A stretch of 63,987 nt of DNA, filler included, from Nitrospirota bacterium (GTDB taxonomy: Bacteria > UBA2233), in assembly GCA_011620345.1 (NCBI GenBank). It is 5 parts of 5 records of this genome, joined end to end, with 100 filler letters (N's around TTAATTAATTAA, not from the genome) between each part and the next. Parts side by side here need not be neighbours in the genome. Positions count along the whole stretch, not along the records: positions 1 to 14,458 come from WOZJ01000046.1; 4 more parts are not named here. One strand, 5' to 3'. Every line of letters starts with the position of its first letter. Position 1 is the first letter of the stretch. Shown here piece by piece: positions 1-8,753 of the stretch. The position numbers and the translations under genes were made by a program. The notes below the pieces were generated by a model. It saw nothing but the letters and a program-made list of their open reading frames with translations. It did not search any database and was not told the origin of the DNA.

Positions 1-24
1 CCTTGGTCGCTCGATAACGCTTAC

Positions 25-2310
25 TTACGCACTAAACCGCCTGAGCCGGAGCGCGTTGGTGATCACTGAAACCGAACTCAGGCTCATAGCGGCCGCCGCG
101 ATGACAGGGCTCAAAAGTAGCCCGAAGGACGGATAGAAAACCCCCGCCGCCACCGGGATGGCCAGCGCGTTGTAGCCGAAGGCGAACAGGAGGTTTTGTT
201 TGATATTGCGTACCGTTGCCTTACTTAGCCGCCTTGCCCGTAAGATACCCTCCAAATCGGGCCTCATGAGCGTCACGCCCGCGCTTTCGATCGCCACGTC
301 CGTCCCGGAGCCCATGGCGATTCCCACGTCGGCCTTGGCCAGCGCGGGAGCGTCGTTGATCCCGTCACCGGCCATTGCCACGACCCTGCCCTCTTTTTGC
401 AGGCGCTCGACAATTGCTTGTTTTTGGTCCGGCAACGTCTCGGCGTAGACATCATCGATACCGAGCCTTCCCGCGATGGCCCTTGCTGTCGCAAGGCGAT
501 CTCCGGTGACCATAGAGACCCTGAGACCTTCTTTGTGGAGCGCTTCGATTGCGTCGCTTGCGCCCTCTCGAATGGGGTCCTCCACGCGAACCAACCCGGC
601 CAGCCTGCCGTCGATCACGACAAAAACAAGCGTTTCCCCGCCCTTCTGGAATGTTTCCGTCCGCTCTATTATCCCGCCCGGGGCAATCCCGAATGCTTCG
701 AGCATCGCTTGGTTGCCTACGAGGACATCGTGGCCCTTGATTTTGCCGTGCACCCCCTTCCCGGCTACGGCTTCGAACGTTTCAACGCTTAGGATCGCTG
801 CCCCTAAGCGTTTGGCGGCTTGTACGAACGCATCCGCAAGGGGATGTTCGCTTGCCGCCTCCAAGCCAGCCGCAAACTCGAGAATCTGGTTTTCCTCGAA
901 CCCCTCTTCAGGCATGATGCCCTTAAGGACCGGCCGGCCCAGCGTAACCGTACCCGTCTTGTCGAGAACGAGCGTATCCACCCTGCAAAGCATCTCAATC
1001 GCCCGGGCATCCTTGAACAGAACGCCCATCTGTGCGCCTTTGCCGCTCGCGACCATGATCGACATCGGCGTAGCCAGGCCAAGGGCGCAAGGACAAGCAA
1101 TCAAAAGGACGGCGATCGCGCTCAAGAGCGCGTACGTAAGCCTTGGGCTCGGCCCTAGCAAGGCCCACGCGGCAAACGCGGCCAATGCAATCAAAAGGAC
1201 GGCGGGGACGAAAACGCCGGCCACCTTATCGGCCAAGCGCTGGATGGGGGCGCGAGACCTTTGGGCATGCGCCACCATCTGGACGATCCGGGCGAGCACC
1301 GTCTCCTCCCCCACCCTTTTTGCGGTCATAATCAGCGAACCGTTCTTATTGAGCGTTCCGCCGATAAGCGGATCTCCGAGACTTTTCTCTACAGGGATGG
1401 GCTCGCCCGTAACCATCGATTCATCCACGGCGCTCTTTCCTTCGAAGACCTCGCCGTCCACGGGGATGCGCTCTCCGGGACGAACGCGAAGCCTGTCTCC
1501 AACCTGTACCTGCTCGATGGGAATATCTTCTTCTACGCCGTCACCCCGGAGACGCCGCGCCGTCCTCGGGGCAAGCTCCAAAAGAGACGCGATGGCGGCT
1601 CCGGTACGGCTCCTGGCCTTGAGCTCAAGAACCTGACCGAGCAGCACGAGCGTCACGATCAGCGCGGCGGATTCGAAGTAAACGGGAATGGAGCCGTCGG
1701 AGAGCCTGAACGCGTCCGGGAACAGCCCCGGAGCAAGCGCAGCGAGCACGCTGTACAGGTAGGCCACGCCCGTACCGAGCGCGATCAAGGTGAACATGTT
1801 GAGGCTTCGGTTGACAACCGAGGTATAGCCCCTTTGGAAGAAAGTCCAGCCTCCCCAAATGACGACCGGAGTGGCCAGAAAAAGCTCGAGCCAAACACCC
1901 GCCTTATGCGGCACGGCAACACCAAGGATCCCCTCGAGCGCCATGCCACCCATAGAAATCAAAAGAATAAGAAACGACAAAACGGCGCTTACATAAAACC
2001 GCCTTGTCATCGCCTTGAGCTCGGGGTCTTCTTTGGGAAGGGGTTCGGGCTCTCTGGGCTCCAAAGCCATCCCGCAGATTGGGCAGCTTCCCGGGGCATC
2101 CTGGATGACCTCCGGGTGCATCGGGCATGTCCAGCGTGTTTTCAGGGTATGCACCGGGGTTTTGCGCTCCAAGGCCATGCCGCACTTGGGGCAGGCCCCT
2201 GGAGTCTCCGAACTGACCCCAGGACACATCGGACATACGTATGGGGCTTTTGAACCTTGATTATGCGCTTGACAATGCGCGTGCTTTGAGTGTTCGTCTA
2301 TTTCAGCCAT
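25..2310 (-). CDS. copA: Cu(I)/Ag(I)-translocating P1B-1 ATPase with two N-terminal heavy-metal-binding domains
   Basis: TGE, CPC(ALGL), [19 protein letters not shown] and MxxSS motifs; N-terminal CPMC...CPKCGM and CPMH...CPICGM repeats. Confidence 0.95.
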   Translation of the reverse strand: MAEIDEHSKHAHCQAHNQGSKAPYVCPMCPGVSSETPGACPKCGMALERKTPVHTLKTRWTCPMHPEVIQDAPGSCPICGMALEPREPEPLPKEDPELKAMTRRFYVSAVLSFLILLISMGGMALEGILGVAVPHKAGVWLELFLATPVVIWGGWTFFQRGYTSVVNRSLNMFTLIALGTGVAYLYSVLAALAPGLFPDAFRLSDGSIPVYFESAALIVTLVLLGQVLELKARSRTGAAIASLLELAPRTARRLRGDGVEEDIPIEQVQVGDRLRVRPGERIPVDGEVFEGKSAVDESMVTGEPIPVEKSLGDPLIGGTLNKNGSLIMTAKRVGEETVLARIVQMVAHAQRSRAPIQRLADKVAGVFVPAVLLIALAAFAAWALLGPSPRLTYALLSAIAVLLIACPCALGLATPMSIMVASGKGAQMGVLFKDARAIEMLCRVDTLVLDKTGTVTLGRPVLKGIMPEEGFEENQILEFAAGLEAASEHPLADAFVQAAKRLGAAILSVETFEAVAGKGVHGKIKGHDVLVGNQAMLEAFGIAPGGIIERTETFQKGGETLVFVVIDGRLAGLVRVEDPIREGASDAIEALHKEGLRVSMVTGDRLATARAIAGRLGIDDVYAETLPDQKQAIVERLQKEGRVVAMAGDGINDAPALAKADVGIAMGSGTDVAIESAGVTLMRPDLEGILRARRLSKATVRNIKQNLLFAFGYNALAIPVAAGVFYPSFGLLLSPVIAAAAMSLSSVSVITNALRLRRFSA

Positions 2311-2416
2311 GATTTATCCCCTTTAGAATTGAAGAACTATGAAGCTTCTTTAATCATCTTACCGACCTTAGGCCTGTCGGAGCAAAGATGAACCCTAAGG
2401 ACAGCCTATGGGCACT

Positions 2417-2444
2417 TTGAAAGAACAAAGAAAAACGTTATACT
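2417..2444 (+). promoter_or_regulatory. Putative sigma70 promoter of the acyl-CoA ligase
   Basis: TTGAAA-N16-TATACT about 50 bp upstream of the TTG start at 2493. Confidence 0.45.
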
Positions 2445-2492
2445 GGATAGAAGGCTAGAACATACGAAAAAACCTAGAGGCAGGAAAGCCCC

Positions 2493-4553
2493 TTGACATA
2501 CAAAACGGATACACTGTGCGGCATGTTTCATAAACAGGCCAATCGCTACAAAAACCTTGAGATGCTGAGGGGCAAGTACGATAAAGAAGGAAGGCCTCAG
2601 AATGCTTGGGCGTCCCAATCGTGGAAAGACGTCCAGGACGAAGTCGTGGACTTGGGTAGAGGGCTTGTCGCCTTGGGTTTGAAGCCTGGCGATAGGGTGG
2701 CCGTTTTTTCTGAAAACAGGCCAAGGTGGGTTATCGCCGACCAAGCGATTCAAGCGTGCGGGGCCGTTGGTGTCCCCCTTTATTCCACGCTCACCCTCGA
2801 AGAGCTATCCTACATGCTAGGCGATAGCGGGGCAAGAATGGCTATTGTGTCGACTCAGCAAAAGCTTGAGATGGCTCTGAAGGCCAAAAGCCATGGGGTG
2901 CCTCTGGAAGCCGTGATTACGATGGGACCTATTGAAGGCCAAAAGCCAGAGTGTGTCTACACGTTTGCCGAAATAATCGGTATCGGTAAAAGCCAAGCCT
3001 CGTTCAACCACTTAGAAGACAGGATGAGCCGGGTCACTCCGGACGACATCGCCTCGATCGTTTATACCTCGGGAACCTCTGGCCGCCAAAAAGGCGCTGT
3101 TCTTACCCAAAAAAACCTCGTTTCTAACATATTCCAAAATACCAATTCGACGATTTTTAAGCGCCTCAAGAAGCTCGAGCCCCACCTGACGCACCTTTGT
3201 CATTTGCCCTTGTGTCACGCATACGGCAGGACCTGCGATTACCACGTCGGAGTCCTTCATTTAGGAAACGTTCTCGTCTTTGCCGAAAGTTTCGAAAAAA
3301 TACAGGAAAATCTCCTGGAAACCAGGCCCAACGTCGTCATCACCATTCCAAGGTTCTTTGAAAAGTACCACCACAGCGTGCTATCCGTCCTTTCCCGTCA
3401 AAATAATAGAACCCAGGCCTTCTTTTCTTGGGCCATGCGTGTTGGAAAAAGATATACAGAGGCCATGGCGCATGCAAGGAGAATGCCGGGGCGTGACATT
3501 CTCCAATTCGCTCTGGCCAACGCGCTCGTGTTCAATAAGGTTAGAAAACTCTCAGGGATGGACCGGCTAGTTTTTGCCAGTTCTGGGGGAGGGAAGCTCT
3601 CTGAGGAAGTATGCGCATTCATCCGCGCCCTGGGAATCCAGCTAAGCGAGGGTTACGGGCTTACAGAAACCTCTCCAACGATCAACCTAAATGAGCCGGA
3701 GTTCAAGGGAATCCATTCAGAATCTGTCGGATGGTTTACGAGCAAAATGATCGACTGGACGATTGATCTTGTGGTGACAAACCTTGCTCAAGGCAAGTCA
3801 CCCTACGCAAACCCCTTGCGTGCGCTCAAAATGGACATAGCCTATCGGGGCGTTGCGCACCGCTTGGAAATCAAGCCGGGGACGGTGGGCAGGCCCGTCA
3901 TCTGGACGGAAGAACGCATTGCCGAGGACGGGGAAGTTCTCGTGAAAGGCCCCCAAGTCTTTCAAGGTTACTGGAAAATGCCCGAGGAAACTAAAGAGGC
4001 CTTCACGGATGATGGGTTCTTTAAGACGGGAGATATCGGCTCTTTCGACGAGGATGGCTTTTTAAGAATCACGGACAGGAAAAAGGAAATCCTTATCACT
4101 TCAGGCGGGAAAAATATCCCCCCTCACCCCATCGAACTCGCGCTCATGGCGAGGCCTTATATCGAGCAGGCATGCCTCATTGGTGATGCCAGGAAGTACA
4201 TCACCGCTTTGATATGTCCAGACATCCAAGAAACCAAAAGATTGGCAAAAAAACTTGGCATCTTAGCGGCTTCTGACCAGGAGCTCCTTGAAATATCTCA
4301 AATTCGTCAGATCATTCAAAAGCAGGTGGACGAGGTAAACGCCACCCTCCCTAGGTATGCCCAAATCAAGTATTTTATGCTTTTAGACGAGCCTTTTTCC
4401 CTAGAAACGGGAGAATTGACGCCTACCTTCAAGTTCAAGCGCAGGGTCATTGAAGACAGGCGCAAAGAATTGATTGAAAAGATGTACCTCGAACACGACC
4501 CCGCCGCCTTGGCCCAAAAACAGCAAAATGGCAAACTAAAAGTACCCTCTTAA
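2493..4553 (+). CDS. AMP-dependent long-chain fatty-acid--CoA ligase (FadD15/FAA1-like)
   Basis: YTSGTSGRQKG, GYGLTET, GFFKTGDIG and RKKEILITSGGKNI motifs. Confidence 0.88.
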   Translation: MTYKTDTLCGMFHKQANRYKNLEMLRGKYDKEGRPQNAWASQSWKDVQDEVVDLGRGLVALGLKPGDRVAVFSENRPRWVIADQAIQACGAVGVPLYSTLTLEELSYMLGDSGARMAIVSTQQKLEMALKAKSHGVPLEAVITMGPIEGQKPECVYTFAEIIGIGKSQASFNHLEDRMSRVTPDDIASIVYTSGTSGRQKGAVLTQKNLVSNIFQNTNSTIFKRLKKLEPHLTHLCHLPLCHAYGRTCDYHVGVLHLGNVLVFAESFEKIQENLLETRPNVVITIPRFFEKYHHSVLSVLSRQNNRTQAFFSWAMRVGKRYTEAMAHARRMPGRDILQFALANALVFNKVRKLSGMDRLVFASSGGGKLSEEVCAFIRALGIQLSEGYGLTETSPTINLNEPEFKGIHSESVGWFTSKMIDWTIDLVVTNLAQGKSPYANPLRALKMDIAYRGVAHRLEIKPGTVGRPVIWTEERIAEDGEVLVKGPQVFQGYWKMPEETKEAFTDDGFFKTGDIGSFDEDGFLRITDRKKEILITSGGKNIPPHPIELALMARPYIEQACLIGDARKYITALICPDIQETKRLAKKLGILAASDQELLEISQIRQIIQKQVDEVNATLPRYAQIKYFMLLDEPFSLETGELTPTFKFKRRVIEDRRKELIEKMYLEHDPAALAQKQQNGKLKVPS

Positions 4554-4581
4554 CCGCTAGGAGCAACGATAAGCCTCTATC

Positions 4582-5562
4582 CTATCCTTCGATATCCTGG
4601 AAAAGCCAGGTTGAGAGGTAACGCTCGCCCGTATCGGGCAAAAGAGCAACAATGAGCTTTCCCGCACTCTCTTCGCGCGCGGCAATCTTCATCGCGGCAA
4701 CCGCTGCAGCCCCCGAGGAGATGCCGGCCAGTATCCCCTCTTCGCGCATCAGGCGCCTGGCCATAACGCCCGCTTCCTCGTTCGTTACCTGGATAACCTC
4801 ATCGACCATCCCGCGGTTCAAGATGTCGGGGATAAACCCCGCCCCGATCCCCTGGATCTTGTGAGGTCCTGGCTTCCCGCCGGAAAGAACGGGCGAGTCC
4901 ACAGGCTCGACGGCAACGGCCTTGAAGTCTGGCTTCCTTGGCTTGATCACCTCGGCCACGCCCGTGATCGTCCCCCCTGTTCCCACGCCTGAAACGAAGA
5001 CGTCCACCCTTCCTTCGGTATCCCTCCAGATCTCCTCGGCCGTCGTGAGCCTGTGGATTTCCGGGTTGGCCGGGTTCTTGAATTGCTGGGGCATGAAGGC
5101 GTTCGGGGTGTGCTTGAGAAGCTCTTCGGCCCTCCTGATCGCTCCGGACATACCCTGCTCGCCTGGCGTCAAAATAATCTCGGCCCCGAAGGCCTTGAGC
5201 AGCTTCCTTCGTTCTATGGACATCGTCTCGGGCATCGTGAGGATCAGCCTGTAACCTCGGGCCGCGCACACGAATGCCAAGGCAATCCCCGTGTTGCCCG
5301 AGGTGGGCTCGATGATCACGGTATCTTTCTTTATCCAACCCTTTTCCTCGGCGTCCAAGATCATGGCCACTCCGATCCTGTCTTTCACGCTCGATATCGG
5401 GTTGAACGACTCAAGCTTGGCCACGACCTCGGCCTTCAGCCCTGCCGTGACCCTCTTTAGCTTGACGAGCGGCGTGTTGCCGATGAGCTCGCTCGAGTCG
5501 TTGGCGATCCCCCTTGTGAGCCTTGGTATATGAATTCCCTTGAAGTCGAGCACTTCGGCCAT
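4582..5562 (-). CDS. cysK: Cysteine synthase A (O-acetylserine sulfhydrylase)
   Basis: SVKDR PLP lysine, [30 protein letters not shown]; start at ATG 5562 preferred because of the GGAGGGG SD. Confidence 0.95.
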   Translation of the reverse strand: MAEVLDFKGIHIPRLTRGIANDSSELIGNTPLVKLKRVTAGLKAEVVAKLESFNPISSVKDRIGVAMILDAEEKGWIKKDTVIIEPTSGNTGIALAFVCAARGYRLILTMPETMSIERRKLLKAFGAEIILTPGEQGMSGAIRRAEELLKHTPNAFMPQQFKNPANPEIHRLTTAEEIWRDTEGRVDVFVSGVGTGGTITGVAEVIKPRKPDFKAVAVEPVDSPVLSGGKPGPHKIQGIGAGFIPDILNRGMVDEVIQVTNEEAGVMARRLMREEGILAGISSGAAAVAAMKIAAREESAGKLIVALLPDTGERYLSTWLFQDIEG

Positions 5563-5590
5563 TGCCCCCTCCATACAATTTACAATTTAT

Positions 5591-5639
5591 CTATATAACC
5601 TTAGGGTTTTATAGTAAATCTTCTCGCTAGATGTGTCAA
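5591..5639 (-). promoter_or_regulatory. sigma70 promoter of cysK overlapped by a 24-bp imperfect palindrome
   Basis: Minus strand TTGACA(5639-5634)-N17-TACTAT(5616-5611); CTATATAACCTTAGGGTTTTATAG at 5591-5614 is 20/24 self-complementary. Confidence 0.7.
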
Positions 5640-5645
5640 TACGCG

Positions 5646-5951
5646 TTATTCATCGAGTTTAGGGGCTTCGTTTTCATGGTGCCGTTCGTGATGAGACTCT
5701 TGTCGTTGGGACGGCTTTTGCCCTGGCTTGCCGCGTTGAAGGGTTCTTCCGCACTCGGGGCATTTACCGGGCCCATCGTAGGGCTTTTCTGGGTGGTAGG
5801 GGCAGTAGAAGAGGTCTTGGGCGGCAAACAAAACATTTGGGGGACCCGTTTGTGCGGAGGAAGCAAGCACGCTGCCATCAAACTTAAGGTCAGTACCCAA
5901 CGTCCAAAAGAACATTGAGGCAAACGATAAAAAAAATACCGCACGTTGCAT
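5646..5951 (-). CDS. Small, probably exported heavy-metal-binding-domain protein with His-rich tail
   Basis: Strong SD (AAAGGAGG); hydrophobic N-terminus; YCPYHP...PGKCPECG; SHHERHHE tail; divergent from cusC. Confidence 0.75.
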   Translation of the reverse strand: MQRAVFFLSFASMFFWTLGTDLKFDGSVLASSAQTGPPNVLFAAQDLFYCPYHPEKPYDGPGKCPECGRTLQRGKPGQKPSQRQESHHERHHENEAPKLDE

Positions 5952-6045
5952 GTGGTTGTCCTCCTTTCGTACCTTGGTCGCTAACCAAGTTTTCTACCTG
6001 AAGGTCGATCGACAGCCCGGCCTCCTTGACATCCTTCTCATTTTT

Positions 6046-6073
6046 TTGCAACTATTTCTACATGATGTAGAAT
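6046..6073 (+). promoter_or_regulatory. Putative cus promoter with overlapping 8-1-8 inverted repeat
   Basis: TTGCAA(6046)-N16-TAGAAT(6068); TTCTACAT-G-ATGTAGAA at 6056-6072; an alternative TTGACA lies at 6026. Confidence 0.5.
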
Positions 6074-6120
6074 TTGATTGCGACTTTAGAATAACTCAAG
6101 TGCTTATACGGATGCAAGAC

Positions 6121-7425
6121 ATGAAGGTTCATTTCTACCACGTCATCGTCCAGATCATTCTTGGCGTGCCCCTTTGTTGCTTCAGCGCGTCCCTCGGCAC
6201 AAGGGCTTGGGCGGAGGAAAGCCGCATCGGTTTAGCAACGCTCATCGAGGAGGCCAAAATGGAAAACCCTGAGCTCAAGCGGGCCAAAAGCGCGCTAGAA
6301 GCGGCAAGAGCTATCCCAAAGCAGGTCAGCACGCTGCCAAACCCTGAGCTCACGTTTGGCCTGACCAACATCGGCTCGCGATACTCGGTAGGGAACGACA
6401 CAATGAGCATGCTGGAAGTCGGCATCAGCCAGCCCTTGCCGTACCCTAAAAAGTTGCACCTTTTAGGCCGGGCGGCGGATGCCGAGGCAGATGCGGCGGA
6501 CGAAGCCTACCGCAAGACCCTCTTTGAGGTCATATCAAGGCTTAAGTTGGCCTACTTCGATTATTGGCTCGAAGAAGAAACGAGGAGAATTTTTTTTGAA
6601 ATGCTCGGCCTTTTTAAGGCCCTTCGTGGAAACGCGCTTGGCCGCTACGAGGTCGGAGAGGCGATACAACAGGACGTTCTCCTGGCGGACATCGAAATCG
6701 ATAGGATCAAAGAGCGCCTCGAGTTGCTCAACCCAGAAAAGGAGCGCCTCCAGGCCGAGATCAACGCCCTTCTGAATAGGCCGCCTTCCCAACCTTTGGG
6801 AATACCGGAACGCTTGGAGCCGGCCAAGCTTGGTTCCTCGCTCGACGACCTCGTTCAAACGGCCAAGGTGAGCTCCCCGGTCATTCAAGAAATGCACCGC
6901 CTTACAGATCGCGACCGAATCCGCTTAAAATATGCCAAGGCGGCCTACATCCCCGACTTTAGGCTGAGCGCAGGCTACGGCGACAGGGAGGGCCTAAGCC
7001 CCCAGTGGAGCGTGGGCCTTGGCATCGAGCTGCCACTGTACTTTTGGAGGAAGGAGGTCTATGGCGTCAAGGAGGCCGCGGCCAACCTCGTTGCGAGCAA
7101 GCAGGCCCAGCAGGATACCCTCCAGGGTACGCTCGCCCAAATACGGACTGCCTACTCTCAAGCCCTCACGGCCAAGCGTCTGGCTTCTCTCTACAGTGAG
7201 CACATCCTCCCCAAGGCTAGGGCCGCGCTCGAATCCTCGCTGGCGAGCTACAGCGTGGGCAGGCTCGATTTCTTGGGCGTCATGACAAACGCCACGACAC
7301 TCCTGGAATACGAGATCGCCCATGCCGCAAAGATCGCGGAAGCTAAGAAGGCGATTGCCAAGATCGAGGAGCTTACCGGTGTGCCGTTTACGGAAAACAT
7401 AAACATAAACAAGAAGGAGTCTTGA
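6121..7425 (+). CDS. cusC: TolC/CusC-family outer membrane efflux protein
   Basis: Signal peptide ending AWA; OEP helical repeats (LPNPEL, YIPDF, IELPLY); directly upstream of MFP and CusA; start uncertain (6112 or 6121 rather than 5950). Confidence 0.85.
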   Translation: MKVHFYHVIVQIILGVPLCCFSASLGTRAWAEESRIGLATLIEEAKMENPELKRAKSALEAARAIPKQVSTLPNPELTFGLTNIGSRYSVGNDTMSMLEVGISQPLPYPKKLHLLGRAADAEADAADEAYRKTLFEVISRLKLAYFDYWLEEETRRIFFEMLGLFKALRGNALGRYEVGEAIQQDVLLADIEIDRIKERLELLNPEKERLQAEINALLNRPPSQPLGIPERLEPAKLGSSLDDLVQTAKVSSPVIQEMHRLTDRDRIRLKYAKAAYIPDFRLSAGYGDREGLSPQWSVGLGIELPLYFWRKEVYGVKEAAANLVASKQAQQDTLQGTLAQIRTAYSQALTAKRLASLYSEHILPKARAALESSLASYSVGRLDFLGVMTNATTLLEYEIAHAAKIAEAKKAIAKIEELTGVPFTENININKKES

Positions 7426-8753
7426 ACGTGGACCGCGAACAAAAACATCGTCGCGATAAGGGCTTACGCATAAAAATCACGGGAGCCACGGTTTTTCTTG
7501 GGCTCGTCCTTGCCTGTGGCGCCGGTATTGGCTATTTCATGGAAGTGGGTTCTACAAGGCTTGCTCGGGCGAAATCTAGAAGCGAACAACAAGCCCAAAC
7601 CTACCACTGCCCGATGCATCCGAACTACACCTCGGACAAGCCGGGCAACTGCCCCATCTGCGGGATGAACCTCGTTCCCATCGAGGAAGAGACCGACACC
7701 AAGCACGAAGAAGACCAAGCTGAAACTGCCGTTCCTGGTAGGGCAAGCATCCGGATCAGTCCCAAGAAAAGACAGGCCTCAGGGGTGGAAACCGTTCAGG
7801 TAGCCCGCGGGCCGTTTATCAAAACAATCCGGACCGTGGGCAGGGTCGCTTACGCTGAGCCTATGATTTCGGAGGTTTATGCAAAGTTCGAAGGCTGGGT
7901 GGAGAAGCTCTACGTGAATAAAACAGGCGATTGGGTCGAGAGGGGAAGGCCTTTGTTTTCGGTTTACAGCCCAGAACTCGTCTCCACGCAGCAGGAATTC
8001 CTTCTGGCCTTGAACCTACAAAAAACCCAAGGGATCGGAGCAGATGCCCTCCTTAAGGCTGCGAGAAGAAGGCTTGCGTTCTTTGATATCGACGTAGACC
8101 AAACCCGCCACCTCGAAGCGACAGGCCAAACAAGCAAGACGCTTCTTTTGCGCGCCCCCCAAAGCGGTTTCATCATCCAAAAGAATGTATTCGAAGGCAA
8201 AAAAGTTTCCAAGGGCGAGAGCCTCTATACCATCGCCGACATTTCCACGGTATGGGTCTTGGCCGATGCCTACGAATCGGACCTGCCTTTCGTTTCGCTC
8301 GGGCAACAAGCGAAAATCAGCCTCTCTTACTACCCGAGTGCAGCGTTCTCGGGGCGCGTGGCCTATATTTACCCGTACCTCGAGCCAAACACCCGCACAA
8401 ACAAAGTCCGGATCGAGGTCAAAAACGCCGATTTCAAGCTCAAGCCCGACATGTACGCCCATATAGAGCTCGCTGCGAACATGGGCGAGCGGCTCAGCGT
8501 TCCCAAATCGGCCGTCTTGGATTCTGGCACCCGGAAGGTGGCCTTCCTCGACATGGGCAAGGGCTACTTCGAACCCAGGGAGCTCAAAACTGGGCTCGAA
8601 AACGAAACATCCTACGCGGTGCTGGATGGTCTCAAGGAAAACGACAGGGTCGTTGATAAGGCTGCCTTCATGGTTGACTCTGAATCGAGCCTGAAGGCAG
8701 GGCTCGGCCAGATGGGCGCCCCTTCAGGACACGCGGGCCATACGGGGCACTAA
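7422..8753 (+). CDS. cusB: CusB-type RND periplasmic adaptor with heavy-metal-binding domain
   Basis: YHCPMHP...PGNCPICGMNL, GWVEKLY, YSPEL, LKPDMY, DSES and His-rich C-terminus. Confidence 0.92.
   Translation: MNVDREQKHRRDKGLRIKITGATVFLGLVLACGAGIGYFMEVGSTRLARAKSRSEQQAQTYHCPMHPNYTSDKPGNCPICGMNLVPIEEETDTKHEEDQAETAVPGRASIRISPKKRQASGVETVQVARGPFIKTIRTVGRVAYAEPMISEVYAKFEGWVEKLYVNKTGDWVERGRPLFSVYSPELVSTQQEFLLALNLQKTQGIGADALLKAARRRLAFFDIDVDQTRHLEATGQTSKTLLLRAPQSGFIIQKNVFEGKKVSKGESLYTIADISTVWVLADAYESDLPFVSLGQQAKISLSYYPSAAFSGRVAYIYPYLEPNTRTNKVRIEVKNADFKLKPDMYAHIELAANMGERLSVPKSAVLDSGTRKVAFLDMGKGYFEPRELKTGLENETSYAVLDGLKENDRVVDKAAFMVDSESSLKAGLGQMGAPSGHAGHTGH

Noticed and set aside
11-22. 12-mer TCGATAACGCTT shared with 55431-55442
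   Set aside because: Many 12-bp matches are expected by chance in 64 kb
476-2253. Long antisense ORFs (386 and 330 aa) opposite copA, and similar ones opposite RND and nif genes
   Set aside because: Stop-poor antisense frames of GC-rich genes with no domain signatures
2355-2390. Imperfect inverted repeat upstream of copA as a CueR/CsoR operator
   Set aside because: Irregular arms and no match to the operator-promoter geometry I could verify
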